Shown one piece after another: positions 25,568 to 38,340 of a DNA stretch of 64,000 bases. Origin of the DNA: Eledone cirrhosa (Eukaryota); contig OZ024762.1 in assembly GCA_964016885.1 (NCBI GenBank), forward strand, positions 6,014,001 to 6,078,000. The letters run 5' to 3'. The notes under the pieces were generated by a model, which saw only the letters and a program-made list of their open reading frames with translations, ran no database searches and had not been told where the DNA came from. The position numbers and the translations under genes were made by a program. Position 1 is the first letter of the stretch. Each line of letters begins with the position of its first letter.

Positions 25568-26668
25568 CTGAAACAAAATAAATACATAATTAAATGAATA
25601 ACAAAGAAAACAAGAAAGCCTGCACAGATGTGAGTGGAGTTCAACTGAAGCAGGTGGAGAAGTTCAAGTATCTAGGGACTGTTTTCATGAGAAATGCATG
25701 AAGCTATTTTATCAAGACATTCTTGGAAAGTACAAAAACAACATTACAAAGAGTCATATTAAGAATTAAAATTTCTTCTGACACTGCAGATTTTCACAAT
25801 TTGTCCACAAGTAGAGTTACTGCAAAACCTTTAATTCAACAAAACCACCTTTTAGATATTTTCTCTTAAATCATTACAGGATGTTAACACACACATCGCC
25901 TAACCCAAAGGTTCTCAACGGGGGAGGGGGCAAGGGGGCGTTAGAAGGTTTGGGGGGTGGTGGTGCTGGAAGCCTCTTTAGATTTTTTAGTTTGGTAAGT
26001 TTTATAAGTCATATTTGTACGTCTCTTAGACAGCCAGTGTGAATGCATTTGAATGAAGAAAACGAAAATAAATAAAAGAAGCTTGTCAACAAATTCCCTA
26101 GGGAGATAAAGAAAAAAAAAAACGAAAGAAATCAAAGAAAATGAACATAAGGATGTCAACTTTGACAACAGTTACAAGAGTTACAAGAACAACTTCAACA
26201 GAAATGACAACAAAAAGAAGCAATGGTGATGAAAGGTGTGGATATATACATATACATACAAACATACATACACACACACATATACACACATGCCTGCGTT
26301 AGTGTTTGATGAGGTTGAGAACCTGGTCAGCTGTGGTATTTAATCTCCCTGGGTAATAAAATCTGGAGACAGAATTTTCTCCATACCAAAAAAAACAATA
26401 CAAATATAAATGCATAGCTATATACATATGTATATGTATGTATGTAGATATATGTATATATATATGTGTGTGTACATCTACACACACATTTATATATATA
26501 AATCTACACACACACATATATATATATATATAAATCTACACACATACATACATTTACATATGTATATAGCTATGCATTTATACATTTGTATGATGATGAT
26601 GATATACATGCATTTAAATTTAAGTGTGTAAGAAAATATATATATATATATATGTGTATGTGTGTGCG

Positions 26669-26709
<41 letters not shown>

Positions 26710-27609
26710 ACACACACACACATTTTCTTTTTTCAGTCTGGTCTACCATGTTTGAGCCCCCTGTTGGAGATAGATAGATAGACATTTACCAAACACACAC
26801 ACATTTCTTACACTCTCTGTCCCCCCTCTTTCTCCATTTATATATATATATGGCGTTGTTGAAAAGAGCAGTGGCCTTTGACCTGGCAATAAAAACTGGA
26901 GACAAAATTCTTTCTGTACCAAAACCAAGGCACACACACACAAGTTTGTGTGTGTGTGTGTGTGTATCTATGTATATATATATAAGGGATACATATATTG
27001 TTTCTCAGTCACCAAGCTTCTCAATTCATTCCTTGCTACTATTTTATTTTGCTACGAGGTATATTATTTTGCAAGGTACTATTTTTCCCGAGTTTGTGAT
27101 TTCAGAGAAAGGTAAGAAATTCTTCATATTTTGCATCTTTTGTATTTTGACTTTACAGTTTCAACTGTCTATCCACTCAAAATATTACAACAGTTAACAA
27201 TAAAATATAGAATTTAAAAAAAAAAAAAGCTTTTTCAACCGAGATCAAATCTTTTTTTTTTTTTTTTTTTTTATTTCAAAAATATATAATTTGAAATAGC
27301 TTGCTTTTGTTTTGGACTGAAACTTTTTTGTTTTTAATTCGTATGAGTATTTTTAAAAGATTCTAAGATAACTTGATTTGGTCCAGTAATCTACTGATAT
27401 CAAAATCAGTAGTATATGAGGCGTTTGGCCGAAATGGGTTGAGAACCCTTGGTCTAACTCATGCTAGCGTGGAAAACGACATTAAACGGTAATGATGATG
27501 ATGATGATGATATATAAGATTACAAGGTAACATTCCAACAACTTTGTTATAATATTTAATGTTCTATTTGTTATTGCCTCCTAAAATGTTTCCTATACTT
27601 TCCATACTT

Positions 27610-28165
27610 CAGCAGATTGGCAGCATGTTAGTTACAGCCAAATCCCACCAAGAGTAGCTTTGCCTTTCACCCTTATGGGGTTGATCAAATAAAATCACCA
27701 GTAGTACACGGGTCAGTTTAACCGACTTTCCCCTAGCCCTGTAACTGTTGGGCTTGTGTCTATATCAGAAAGCATTTTTATTATTATTATTATTAAGGGC
27801 GGTGGATTGGCAGTAGTGGTAGAATGCCAGGCACCAAACTTCACGGCATAGAGTCATGGCCCTTTGCGTTCTGAGTTCAAATCATCCTTGCGGGGTCGAC
27901 AAGATAAAGTACCAGTCACGCACTGGGGTCGATTTAATCAACTTTCCCCTGCCCCAAAATTGTTGGCCTTGTGCCTATATAAAAAACCATAGTATCGGTA
28001 GAGGGTCGGACGCCATGCTTTCGAGCATAGTTACGTCCCTTTATGATCTGAGTTCAAATCCCACCGAGGTTGACTCTGCCTTTCATCCTTACGCGGTCGA
28101 TAAATAAAGTACCAGTAATGCACCGGGTAATTGCTGGCCTTGTGCCAAAAGTAGAAACTATTATT
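27610..28165 (+). mobile_element. Three tandem tRNA-derived SINEs, family 1 (other copies ~1340-1660, 2133-2435, 12325-12620, 17510-17640, 29675-29875, 30752-30965, 31195-31380, 31900-32035, 34947-35112, 42040-42190, 55960-56020)
   Basis: B-box gagttcaaatcc, conserved core gcctttcatccttacggggtcgataaaataaagtaccag (resembles the Meta-type SINE central domain, from memory), 3' ggccttgtgccaaaagtagaaac(att)n. Confidence 0.9.
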
Positions 28166-28420
28166 AATATTAAAACAGTTGCTTGCTACCTAAGGTTTCA
28201 AAGATTACCCCTGCATAGGTCATGGAGACATGATCCATACTAGTTGTTGCTTATTGTTCAGGCAATACTTTAGCTGTGTACATAACACCGTTCACTTTTT
28301 ACTTTACTTTACAGAAACCCATGACACTATATATATAGCCAATCCAAGCCTTGGTTGACCAATAGTTAAGCACCGCTTTTTGTTTGGTTTTGAGGGAGGG
28401 GGGGGGGGGGCTGTACTCAC

Positions 28421-28670
28421 CACGCTTAGCAAATTGTGGGTTGGTGAGGCTATTTAGCCCATACCTAGGACGGATGGGCATCGACAGAGGAGTTCATCTG
28501 CCTTTTTAACAGCTCTTGTTTTTTGTGCTGCTTCTTACACACCTCAACAGACGAAGGTCTTGAGGTAGAGCCAGTTTGGTCACCAACCACTCTATGAAGC
28601 AGGTTGTACTGGGTTGCATGGTACCAGTAGCAGTCAGAAGCCTGGCCTGACCCCCCCCCCCCCCCACACA
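28421..28670 (-). other. Candidate alternative (stop-containing) cassette exon of TRIP12
   Basis: About 200 nt of U/C-rich sequence ending tttttaag at 28671; unique, non-repeat, coding-like sequence; donors AG|gtatgg (exon end 28465) and TG|gtgagt (exon end 28421). Confidence 0.55.
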
Positions 28671-30271
28671 CTTAAAAACAACAGAAATAAAATGAGAAAA
28701 ATAAAGTGGAAAAAAGAAAACTGAACAGCGTGAGTTGAAAAGGTTAACAATAGGTGAACAAAAGGAAAGCTGCCACGAGCAAAATATATGCAGAAAAACC
28801 TGAAAAATGGGGGTACAATAAAAACATACTGAACATAATGAAAAAGAAAGTATTAAGAAACATGTTACAACGATACCAAGCTGGAGAAATGTTTTCATAT
28901 GGCTTACAAATTGAAATGTTTAAATAGTATATAGTTTAAACATATCTCCTTTATAACAGCAACTAAATACAGAGTTAAAGAATCTTTGTACTGTGTGTGT
29001 GCGCGTGTATCATATAAACATACATTCATACATAAATGTCTACACACACACGTAGACATTAGGTTAATTTGACCAAAGTCTTCACCAGACATGACCCAAG
29101 AACTGATGATGGTGGGGTGGGAAATAGGAAACAAAGAAAAGACAAACAGAAAGGAAGAAAGAAAAAATGACAAAAAGAAAGGACGAAAGAGAGAATATCC
29201 ACTATGGCTGTTGAACTTTGCCTGGGCTAGTGGTTAGGGTGTTGGACTCATGATTATAAGGTTGTGGGTTCAATTCCTGAACCAGGCAACACATTGTTTC
29301 TTTGAGTAAAATGCTTCATTTCACATTGCTTATAATAGAAGTAAAGCCCCTAGAATTAAAACACCCAAGAAACCTATGAGATACAAACTTGAAGGTGGCC
29401 AGCTAAACTTGCATAGGCAAGAGCTGAACATTTTTTTTTTTTTTCATTTTACCATGAAAAACAGCCTTTGGCTGAGATTAGCCGAATTTCAGATATAAAA
29501 ATATATTCCTTGAATAAGCCAACTATTTATGAAATATGCAAGACTAGCAGCAAGCAGATTTACATATCACATTGTTGTTAGCTCTTTTGATACCAACTTG
29601 CCTGAGATTGCTCTGGTTCAATGATACAAAACTGCCCATTTCCCTTCCCCTAAAATTGTTGGCTTTGTGATTTAGGCACAAGGCCAACAATTTTCGAGGA
29701 AGGGAAAGTTGATTAAATCAACCCTAGTGTATAACTGGTGCTTTATTTTATCGACCTCGTAAGGATGAAAGGCAAAGTTAACCTCAACGAGATTTGAACT
29801 CAGAATGTAAAGGGCTGTGAATATGGCGCAAAGTGTATTGTCTGACGCTCTGATACTGCCAATCCACTGCCTCTTAATAATAATAAAACACCAATTTAAT
29901 AATCAGATAGTTATATTATTTGTTCCCTCAAAATTCTTGTTTATTTGCCAAATTATTCCCAAAAATTTATAGACAGTGTCTTTCATTAGAAATATAGTAA
30001 CAACAGTATTAAAGTGTTTATATTTATCTAAAAAACACCCTTGCATCAACATTTTTATTTAAGAACTTTTGTTAAGTTGTGCTCTAAACACCAGCTTAAT
30101 AAGGAAGATAACTAAAAATTGTTATTTTCAAAATGATTTTAAAATCATAGGCAGTATGCATTTCATTGCGAAAAGTGATAACAAAAGAGTTTTTAAAAAA
30201 ACATCCATCATAATTTTTGTATCAGAAAATTTAAGTTATGCTCCAAACACCAACTTAGTAATGAAATGTTA

Positions 30272-31170
30272 CTGTATATACTCAAGTAATAGTCGATCTC
30301 ATGTAAAAGTCAACACATTATTTTTGGCCAAAAAATCTGGGATTTTCAATGGACCTCGCATAAAAGTTGATCCTAGTGTTTCACAGTGTTGTGTTTCTAC
30401 TTTTATCAATGAGGACTGCCCCCATGGCCCTTTCAGGAAAACTGAGCGAAGAAGAAGAAAGCCTTAAGTTGCACTGAATATATTATAAATAAAAATGCAG
30501 CACTAATTATACTGTACCATAACACACCTGTGACTTTAACCATGAATATGAAAATAATTTAATTGGTATCAAGTATTATTTAACAGGTATCAAGTATTAT
30601 GGTAGGTAGCGATATACCAGTAATATACAGTAATTATGAGATATAAGCTGATTGCACGAAGCTAGTCTAAGTTTGAAGGATACAAGTAAAGGAGCAACTG
30701 TAAATATTTATAAAAGCTGTGTGGCCTTGTTTATGGATTTTGTTATTTACTAGGACTGTGGTTTGGCAATATCCGTAAAGCATTGGACACCATGCTTTGT
30801 GGCATAGAGTTGCGTCCCTTTACATTTTGAGTTCAAATCCCATTGAGGTTAGCTTTGCTTTTCATCCTTAGAGGGTCAAAATAAAGTACCAGTAACACAC
30901 TGGAGTCGATTTAATCGACTTCCACTTCCCTAAAATGGGCCTATGCCTAAATCAGAAACAGTTATTTACTAGGATGCATAGAATCAGTAATATTACTGTG
31001 TTTTTGTTTTTATTTGTTCAGAGATCAGTTGGTCTTCTGCTACTGATACAGCACTTTGGATTCGAGTTTTAATTTCAAGCCCCTCAAAAGTATCTATGTA
31101 ATAATTGACTCAATAAATTTAACTTTAAAAAATGGTAAAAAAAATTTGACTCTTACTTGAGTATATATGG
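30272..31170. mobile_element. Tc2-like non-autonomous DNA transposon with a nested SINE (30752-30965)
   Basis: TIR ctgtatatactcaagtaa.agtc / gactcttacttgagtatatatgg; TA on the left. Confidence 0.7.
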
Positions 31171-32611
31171 AATAATACTTTTTTTTTTTTTTTTAATCTA
31201 CCACAGAAGGATGAAAGGCAAAATTGACGAGATTTGAACTCAAGGCAGAGAGAGCTAAAACAAATACTGCACAACATTCTACCGACTGTAAGGACAAAAG
31301 GCTAACCCCGGCGGGATTTAAACTCAGAACTTAAAGGGATGTAACTACATACTGCAGTGCATGTTGTCCAACACTGCTATCTATCTATATACTACTAAAA
31401 CTGTGTGTTTGTCTAGTTTATTACAGCCAAAATAGTGCAGAATAGGAAAATACTTTGAAAGGAAGTTGTCCCTAAAATGAGAATACAAATGGAAAACAAG
31501 TTTCATGTAAGTCAGAGCACGGGTTCCTGAGATACAGGGTTTTTCGAGGTACCTTCATAAATAGAGAGAAAGGGATAGTGACTATGAGAGAGTGGAGAGA
31601 CAGAAGGAAAGTGGAAGAAAGAGACCTGATGGAGTTACTGAATGAAATTATAAGTGACTTCAAAGAATCGAATACAGCATTACTGTATCTAACTTGAATT
31701 TGGTGACTGAATATTAAGTCATATGTATCATATTTCCTGCACACACATATATATATATATGGGCATTCCAATTTCATTTTACATTATATGTGTGTATATT
31801 TTAATTATTTATTTAAAAGATTTTAAGTGAACATGATATTTTAATAATATTTTTAAGGAAACGTGACCCAACGGTTCACAGGTGGTTTAATAATTAATAA
31901 TAATAATTGTTTCTACTTTTGGCACAAGGCCAGCAATTACCCAGTGCATTACTGGTACTTTATTTTATCGACCCTGTAAGGATGAAAGGCAAAGTTAACC
32001 TCGGCATGGCGGCCGACCCTCTACCGATACTACCAATTAATAATAATAATAATATATACACATTTGTGTGTGTGTGTGTAAACATATGAACAGTATAGAA
32101 CAACCTTAATAGGAGAAAAGCCAAGAATGCTTCTTATCCAAGGCCATGGATAGGAAGTATACTTATATGGGTCACAACATTAATACCACGTAACAATAAC
32201 AATAATAATACTAATAATAAACATCACTGGTTTCTTCCAAGAAAACAGTTGAAATTCTTGTACTATCATTTCAATTCTTTATCTCCTGTACCACATGAAA
32301 CCACATTAACAACGCACTCTTGAAAAGGACAAAACAGCACTGTGATGGCATCACATTAAAATAAAGTCTTTGGTTTGTTGAAAATTTTCACAATAATGTC
32401 CACTTGTAAAGATACTATAAACATTTGAATTAACTCCTATTTTTAGATATTTTCAGCTAAATTACAAGAGGATGTTAAGAATTAAACTACTGCACATCAA
32501 ACAGATATGAAAAACAAGACATGAAACAAGTTAATTATCTGACAATGTAAATTTAAGCGACGAGAAGACACCAGTGTTAGAAGAGGGACAAAGAAACAGA
32601 ATACGACTCAC

Positions 32612-33382
32612 CTACTGCTAGCACAGGATCCCGTCTTTTTGGCTTTGAGACCTGACTGGACGTTGTCCAACCTGTTCACCCCACTTCTTGAAGTAGATGA
32701 TCTATTTGGCACTCCACTCCTCGCTTTCTTAGATGATGTTTTTAATAGAGAACCTTCCTTTCCACTGTTCAAATCCTGAATGCAAGTCCGAATCTTTTTA
32801 GAAGCTATTGGGCGGACTTCTGTTGCAGCTGCCAAACTGTCGTCTCCAGTGGCAACAGCTGCAATTATCTCACCTGATGGACCAGCGTTGTTCAAGTGAT
32901 GTTCACCTGTTAACAAAGATTGGTTGCTCTCTCTCTTTTTCGTCTGTTTCCTTTTCCCTCTACTTTTCACCTGATTGTCAAGCCGAACGCTTGAAGTCGG
33001 CAAAGTCTCTGGATGGGCACCAGAACGCAAATTCTTTCGTGATCCTTGTTTTTTTGTAGTTTTAGAATAACTAGAATCCACCACTGCGGCTGATCCCGAT
33101 CCACTGGGTTGTGGGAGGCTCTCAGAGCTCCCTATCTGAATAGGCAAAGGATTATCTACTTTAGTGGTATGAACAGGAATTTTTGACTTAATTCGTTTGG
33201 GTTTAGCACCAAAGCCGCCGCTGTCTATAGGGTTCTTGCAAGCATGTGCAGCCACAAAATATTCTGACTCGGAAGCTGATTCCTCGATAGTTTCTTTGTT
33301 AAGCCGTTTCCTGCTTTTCTGTAGTTTGTCAGAAGAATCTGAAGTTTCTCTAGGGAAGCCTTTTGCAGTAGTTTTACCACCA
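32612..33382 (-). CDS. TRIP12: TRIP12 large exon, S/K/R-rich disordered N-terminal region (771 nt, phase 2-2)
   Basis: ttttag acceptor at 33383-84, open frame including ORF 32608..33255, ends KKTGSCASS AG|gtgagt; TGSCAS is a TRIP12 motif. Confidence 0.85.
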
Positions 33383-36300
33383 CTAAAATTAAGAGAAGAT
33401 TAGTGTTTAGATATAGACCCACTGACAACAATATAGACAAGAAAAGAAAGAAAAATGGGAGGAAAACCAATAATATGAAACAAAGTCCCCTACTAAAAAG
33501 ACAAAAAAAAAAAAAAGAAAAAATAGCTTACACCTATGTAAGTTTAGCTGGACTCATAAGTAGTTACATTTTATAGGTTTCTTAGGTGCTTTAATAATGA
33601 GGGCCCCAGGCCTATCATGAAAGGCAATGTAAAATGAAGCATCTTGCTCAAGAACAGTTCACCAGCTGGCCCAGGAATCAAACCCATGACCTTGATTGTC
33701 AGCCCAACACCCTTAACCACTAGGCCGTGCACCTTCATAATAGAATATAAACAAATGTTAGACAAGGTTTACAGATTCTATTGTCCAAACAATCAACTAG
33801 TCATAAATAAAAATAGTTCTTCCAGACACCAACATTCCTTATCAATACACAGTCGGTGGGTGTATGTGTGTGAGTAAGTTGTTGTTGCTATTGTTGTTCT
33901 TGTTACAGATCACACCTAGGCAGGTTTAGCTGTATAATTTTACTAGTTTCAGTCATTGGTTTAGGAACATTCTAAACAAGAGCTTTTTGTTTTTCAAATG
34001 GTATTATTCAATTATGTCAACACTAGTATTTATTTTACCAACTCAGGAACGATGACAATGTCAATCTGGATAATATTTGAATTCAGACCATCAAAGAACA
34101 TTAAATACCACTAAATTCGATTTGCCTTACTAAACAAAAAGACCCACCCACTTACTAATACAAGCACTATGACACTAAAAGTAAATAAGGCAAGAGGAAA
34201 GAGACTACACAGAGTAGAGAGGTCCCTTAGCCTACAATGGACAAGATAATCTTTGTTACCACCATTCACAAATTATAAGTAAAGACAAATACAAAGGATT
34301 GGGGTTCAACAAGTCTTTCTTTAAAAAATAATCAAGAATTTAGAAGGATTTACTAATATACCTTTCTAATTATTAAACTGCTGTTTGGAGTATAATTTAA
34401 AAGCAAAAATTATGATGGAAGGTTTCTTTAGATTAATATAAACACTTAAAAAACAAAAAAACAAAAAAAAAAGTTTTGTATCGTAAAACCCGAGGCAGTT
34501 TCATGCTGTTTGATATCAAGAGGATTAAAAAAGTAACTTGAAAACATGATTTTGTTTACAAATTTACAAATTATAAATAAGGACAAACAGAAAGGATTGG
34601 GGTTTAACAACTTTTAATATTTAATGTCCTGTACCGCATGAAACCCCATTAGCAAGGCATTCTTGAAAAAGTAGAAAACCACGACTGGACTGCATCACAT
34701 TAAAAATTGAAGTCTTTAGTTTACTGTAAATTTTTTTGCAACAGTCTGTCCACTAGTAAAGACTATATGAACATGTGAATTAACAAATCTGTTTTTAATA
34801 TTTTCTGCTAAACCATTATAGTATGTTAAAATAAAAATGTTTATTGTGTGCGTGTAACACGAGATAAGATTTATGAAATCAATAAATCAAAAGTCATCTA
34901 AGTAGCAATAATAGGATTAAAAAGCAGAAAAGAATTATTATTAGTAGGGCAATGGATTGGCAGTATCAATAGAGTCGGACACTATGCTGCGCAGCATAGA
35001 GTTATGCCCCTTTGCGTTCTGAGTTCAAATCCCACCAAGGTTTGCTTTGCTTTTCATCCTTATGGGGTCAATAAAATAAGGTACCAGTCATGCACTAGGG
35101 GCGTTTTAATCCATCTGCTGTCAACACCCACTACGAGAAGGGCTGTGCATGCCGTGGCTGATGATGCACAGACATGTGCTCAGGCTACAGCATCTCCACT
35201 TCTTCCTCAACGGTGATCAGGTGTGGTCGCCGTTTGCTAAATGCGTTTTTCCCCAGCTCGACTCATTGACGGAGCTGTAGTTCTGGGTCAAGCGAAGACC
35301 GAGAAGGGGCGCTTGGAGACTGGAATGTCTTCAGACGCTCACAGGTCTCAACCAGTGGGGCGATGCGATTGGTGTAAACTCCACCTTGGCATTCTATACT
35401 ACTAGCTATTCTCTTCGGGAGGACTTTCGGTCCAGGGCCAGTGGTAAAAGAAGTCGTATGGTGGATGCGTCTGAAAGGGTTGAAGACTGGAACTTTCCTC
35501 TTCAGTGACATCTTCATTAACTTTTTCAGGTTTAACCTGAAAAGGAAAATCAGGGTGGAGAAGGAAGTGCTGTCTTCCAGCCAGTTTGTCGAAAGGTGGA
35601 TGTGAATGGGCCTGCCCTGAGCTTGTGCCTGTAGTATCATAGGAGGAAAACTGGAAGAGGGCGCTTGCCCTAGCGGTCAGAGTGATCATGGCTTTTGTGG
35701 GCTTTCTCCACGAGTGATCCTCGGAAGTCTCTCCCCTATTGGGGAATTTTTCCTTGTTTCATTTTTTTCCCTACAGGCAAAAATGCCCATTTGTACCGTC
35801 TTGTGCTGTCCTTAATGTCTACTTTATGTAAACCCTTGTGGTTAATAAAGAAAGCATTATTATTATTGACTCTTGAAATGTTAACAGGTGTTTACTTCAC
35901 CCCAAAAGTAGGCCTCTTGATATTTCAACCAGTTATTGGGTTCTGAAAATACCCAATTTTGTTTGTGATTTAAAGAAACCACCTTTGTATGGGGCTAGTT
36001 GGCCTTATTCGTTTCTGCTTATAGGGGCAGAAATTACAAAGACATATGTGAAATCTCAAAGGACTTTTGTTGGCCTTCTCTACAAGTGACCCTTGGAGCC
36101 CCTCCATTTGGGGATTTTTTTTGTTTAAATTTTTTTTTTACATGTTTGTTGCTTTTGTTAAATATTTTTTTTAACATGCAAAACCCCAGTGTGCCATCCT
36201 GTGCTGTCCTTAATGTTTTCTTGATGTATGTCTTGTGCCAAAAGTAGAAATAGTTATTATCATAGTCATTATTATTTTGTGCATTATCATTGCATTCCCG

Positions 36301-38051
36301 AGTGCAACTCTGTGCACCTTGGGTATGTGCCATGTGGTTTTTCGTGGTATTATTTCTATTGAATTGAGAATACTTTTCGTAATGTGTGTGGTGTTATTTT
36401 TTATATGTTGTATATATTTTTAAGTCCTGGGGTTTTGGTTATGCATCTATCTGTGTGTTATCTATCATTCCCAGAGCACATATTAGGTATTGTTTCTGTC
36501 ATCACCATCGACATTCAGGTTATTTCTATCTCTAGATCTTTATATTATTTTTATTATTTTGTGAAAGGAGGAAGTTATTACTGAAAAAAAAGACTTTCTG
36601 AAAAAACTAAAAATAAATATTTCATAATGCAAAATTGTCAAAAAATAAAATACAATAAAAAACAATTGTCAAGATTATTCTAGAACAGATTAAAAACTAG
36701 AGCAGGTGTAATAACTTTGCTGGAAATTATAACAATCTGTTGAAAAGTAACTGCATGTCCTTTGCAGCACAAGTTGGCAGTATCATTAGAATGTCAGATT
36801 AAATCTCTAGATATTTGTTCCAGAATTCTGATCAAGGTTCTAATAAAATCTTATGATGGAAGGTTTTTAAATAAATATAAACATTTTAAAACAGTTTCAT
36901 TTCATATAACTTTGGGCAGTCTCAAGCAGTCTTGTATCAAAAGGGTTATGATAAAGACGCATACAAAAGAAAAAAATATCCTAGGAAACAGAATAGAGAA
37001 AATGGCCTAACATTACATATTTTAACATGTTTAATATTTCAGGCAAGGTCTTCAAATTCCCTTTTGCCAACACAGACCACAACCAGTCTCCTCAAAGATA
37101 AAATGCAATACCTGTAGTGTATTATGTCAATCAGATGCAAGACAGAGCTGGCTAACAATGCTGAAATAGAAAAGACTCATCCACCATTATACACACTGCA
37201 ACACTAAAAGTAGATGTGGTGAGAGACCAGAGGATTCAGTGTTTAGCAATCAAAGACAATATTGGGTTTGAGAGAAGCCTTCAGTCTGGTCTGGTGTGTG
37301 ACAACCTCTACTGCTGATGTCATGATATAATGCACCCAGTACACCTTGTGTTGGTGCCACAAAATGCATCCAGTACACTCTGTAAAGTGGCAGTGTTAGT
37401 GCCATGAAAAACACACCCAGTGAGGTGGTTGGTGTTAGGAAGGGCATCCAAGTGTAGAAACTATATGGTTCACAATGAGCAAGATGAGGTGTCTTCAACC
37501 CATGCCAGTGTGGCCATGATGATGATGATGATGATGGTTGACCTAAGTGGCGGAATGGATTGAGGTTGAAATTGTCACCTCAGCTAAAGAAATATGTCCC
37601 TAGCAGAACTCTACACATGGCACCACTGTTCCAACAAAGCCTGCTACAGCTTGGTGCAACCAAGTATCCAAGTTGCACAACTGGATTGGTGGTGGGCTGG
37701 GAGCTGAGCTCATTAGTCATGCATTGCAACTAGCATGTGAGGAATAATCCCAGAAGAAACTGACATGGAGACCCTAAAGCTGATGGACAGCATACTTACA
37801 GCACCTGGTTGGTCAGCTCCTCAAGCAGAGTTTATATCAATTGGGCTACTTTGCATACTTTTAAGATCACATCTGTGAGGCTGAGACAAGGATCTCAACA
37901 GTTACATAGTCCAGAATCCCTATAACCATCTTCCAAGCCTACACCTGGAAGAGGTGACCCCAGTGTTGCTGAAAGGCAACAAAATCAACATGGGAAACAA
38001 CAGTTAAGAGTCATAAGACTGATCATACCACTTATACAAGAAAAAGGGAAA

Positions 38052-38340
38052 CAATTGCAGAATCATATCCCTGCTCAACATAACTGGTAAGAGACACTAC
38101 AACAATTGCAACAACTACAGAATTATATCCCTGCTCAACATAGCTGGTAAGAGACACTACAGAATTATATCCCTGCTCAACATAGCTGGTAAGAGACACT
38201 ACAACAATTGCAACAACTACAGAATTATATCCCTGCTCAACATAGCTGGTAAGAGACACTACAGAATTATATCCCTGCTCAACATAACTGGTAAGAGACA
38301 CAGAAACAACTACAGAATTATATCCCTGCTCAATATAATT
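38052..38340. repeat. Minisatellite with alternating 60/42-bp units
   Basis: Core cagaattatatccctgctcaacatagctggtaagagacacta with optional caacaattgcaacaacta; 6 cores. Confidence 0.95.

Noticed and set aside
31500-31700. Purine-rich coding-like patch
   Set aside because: Too short to assign and has no recognisable motif; probably TE debris.
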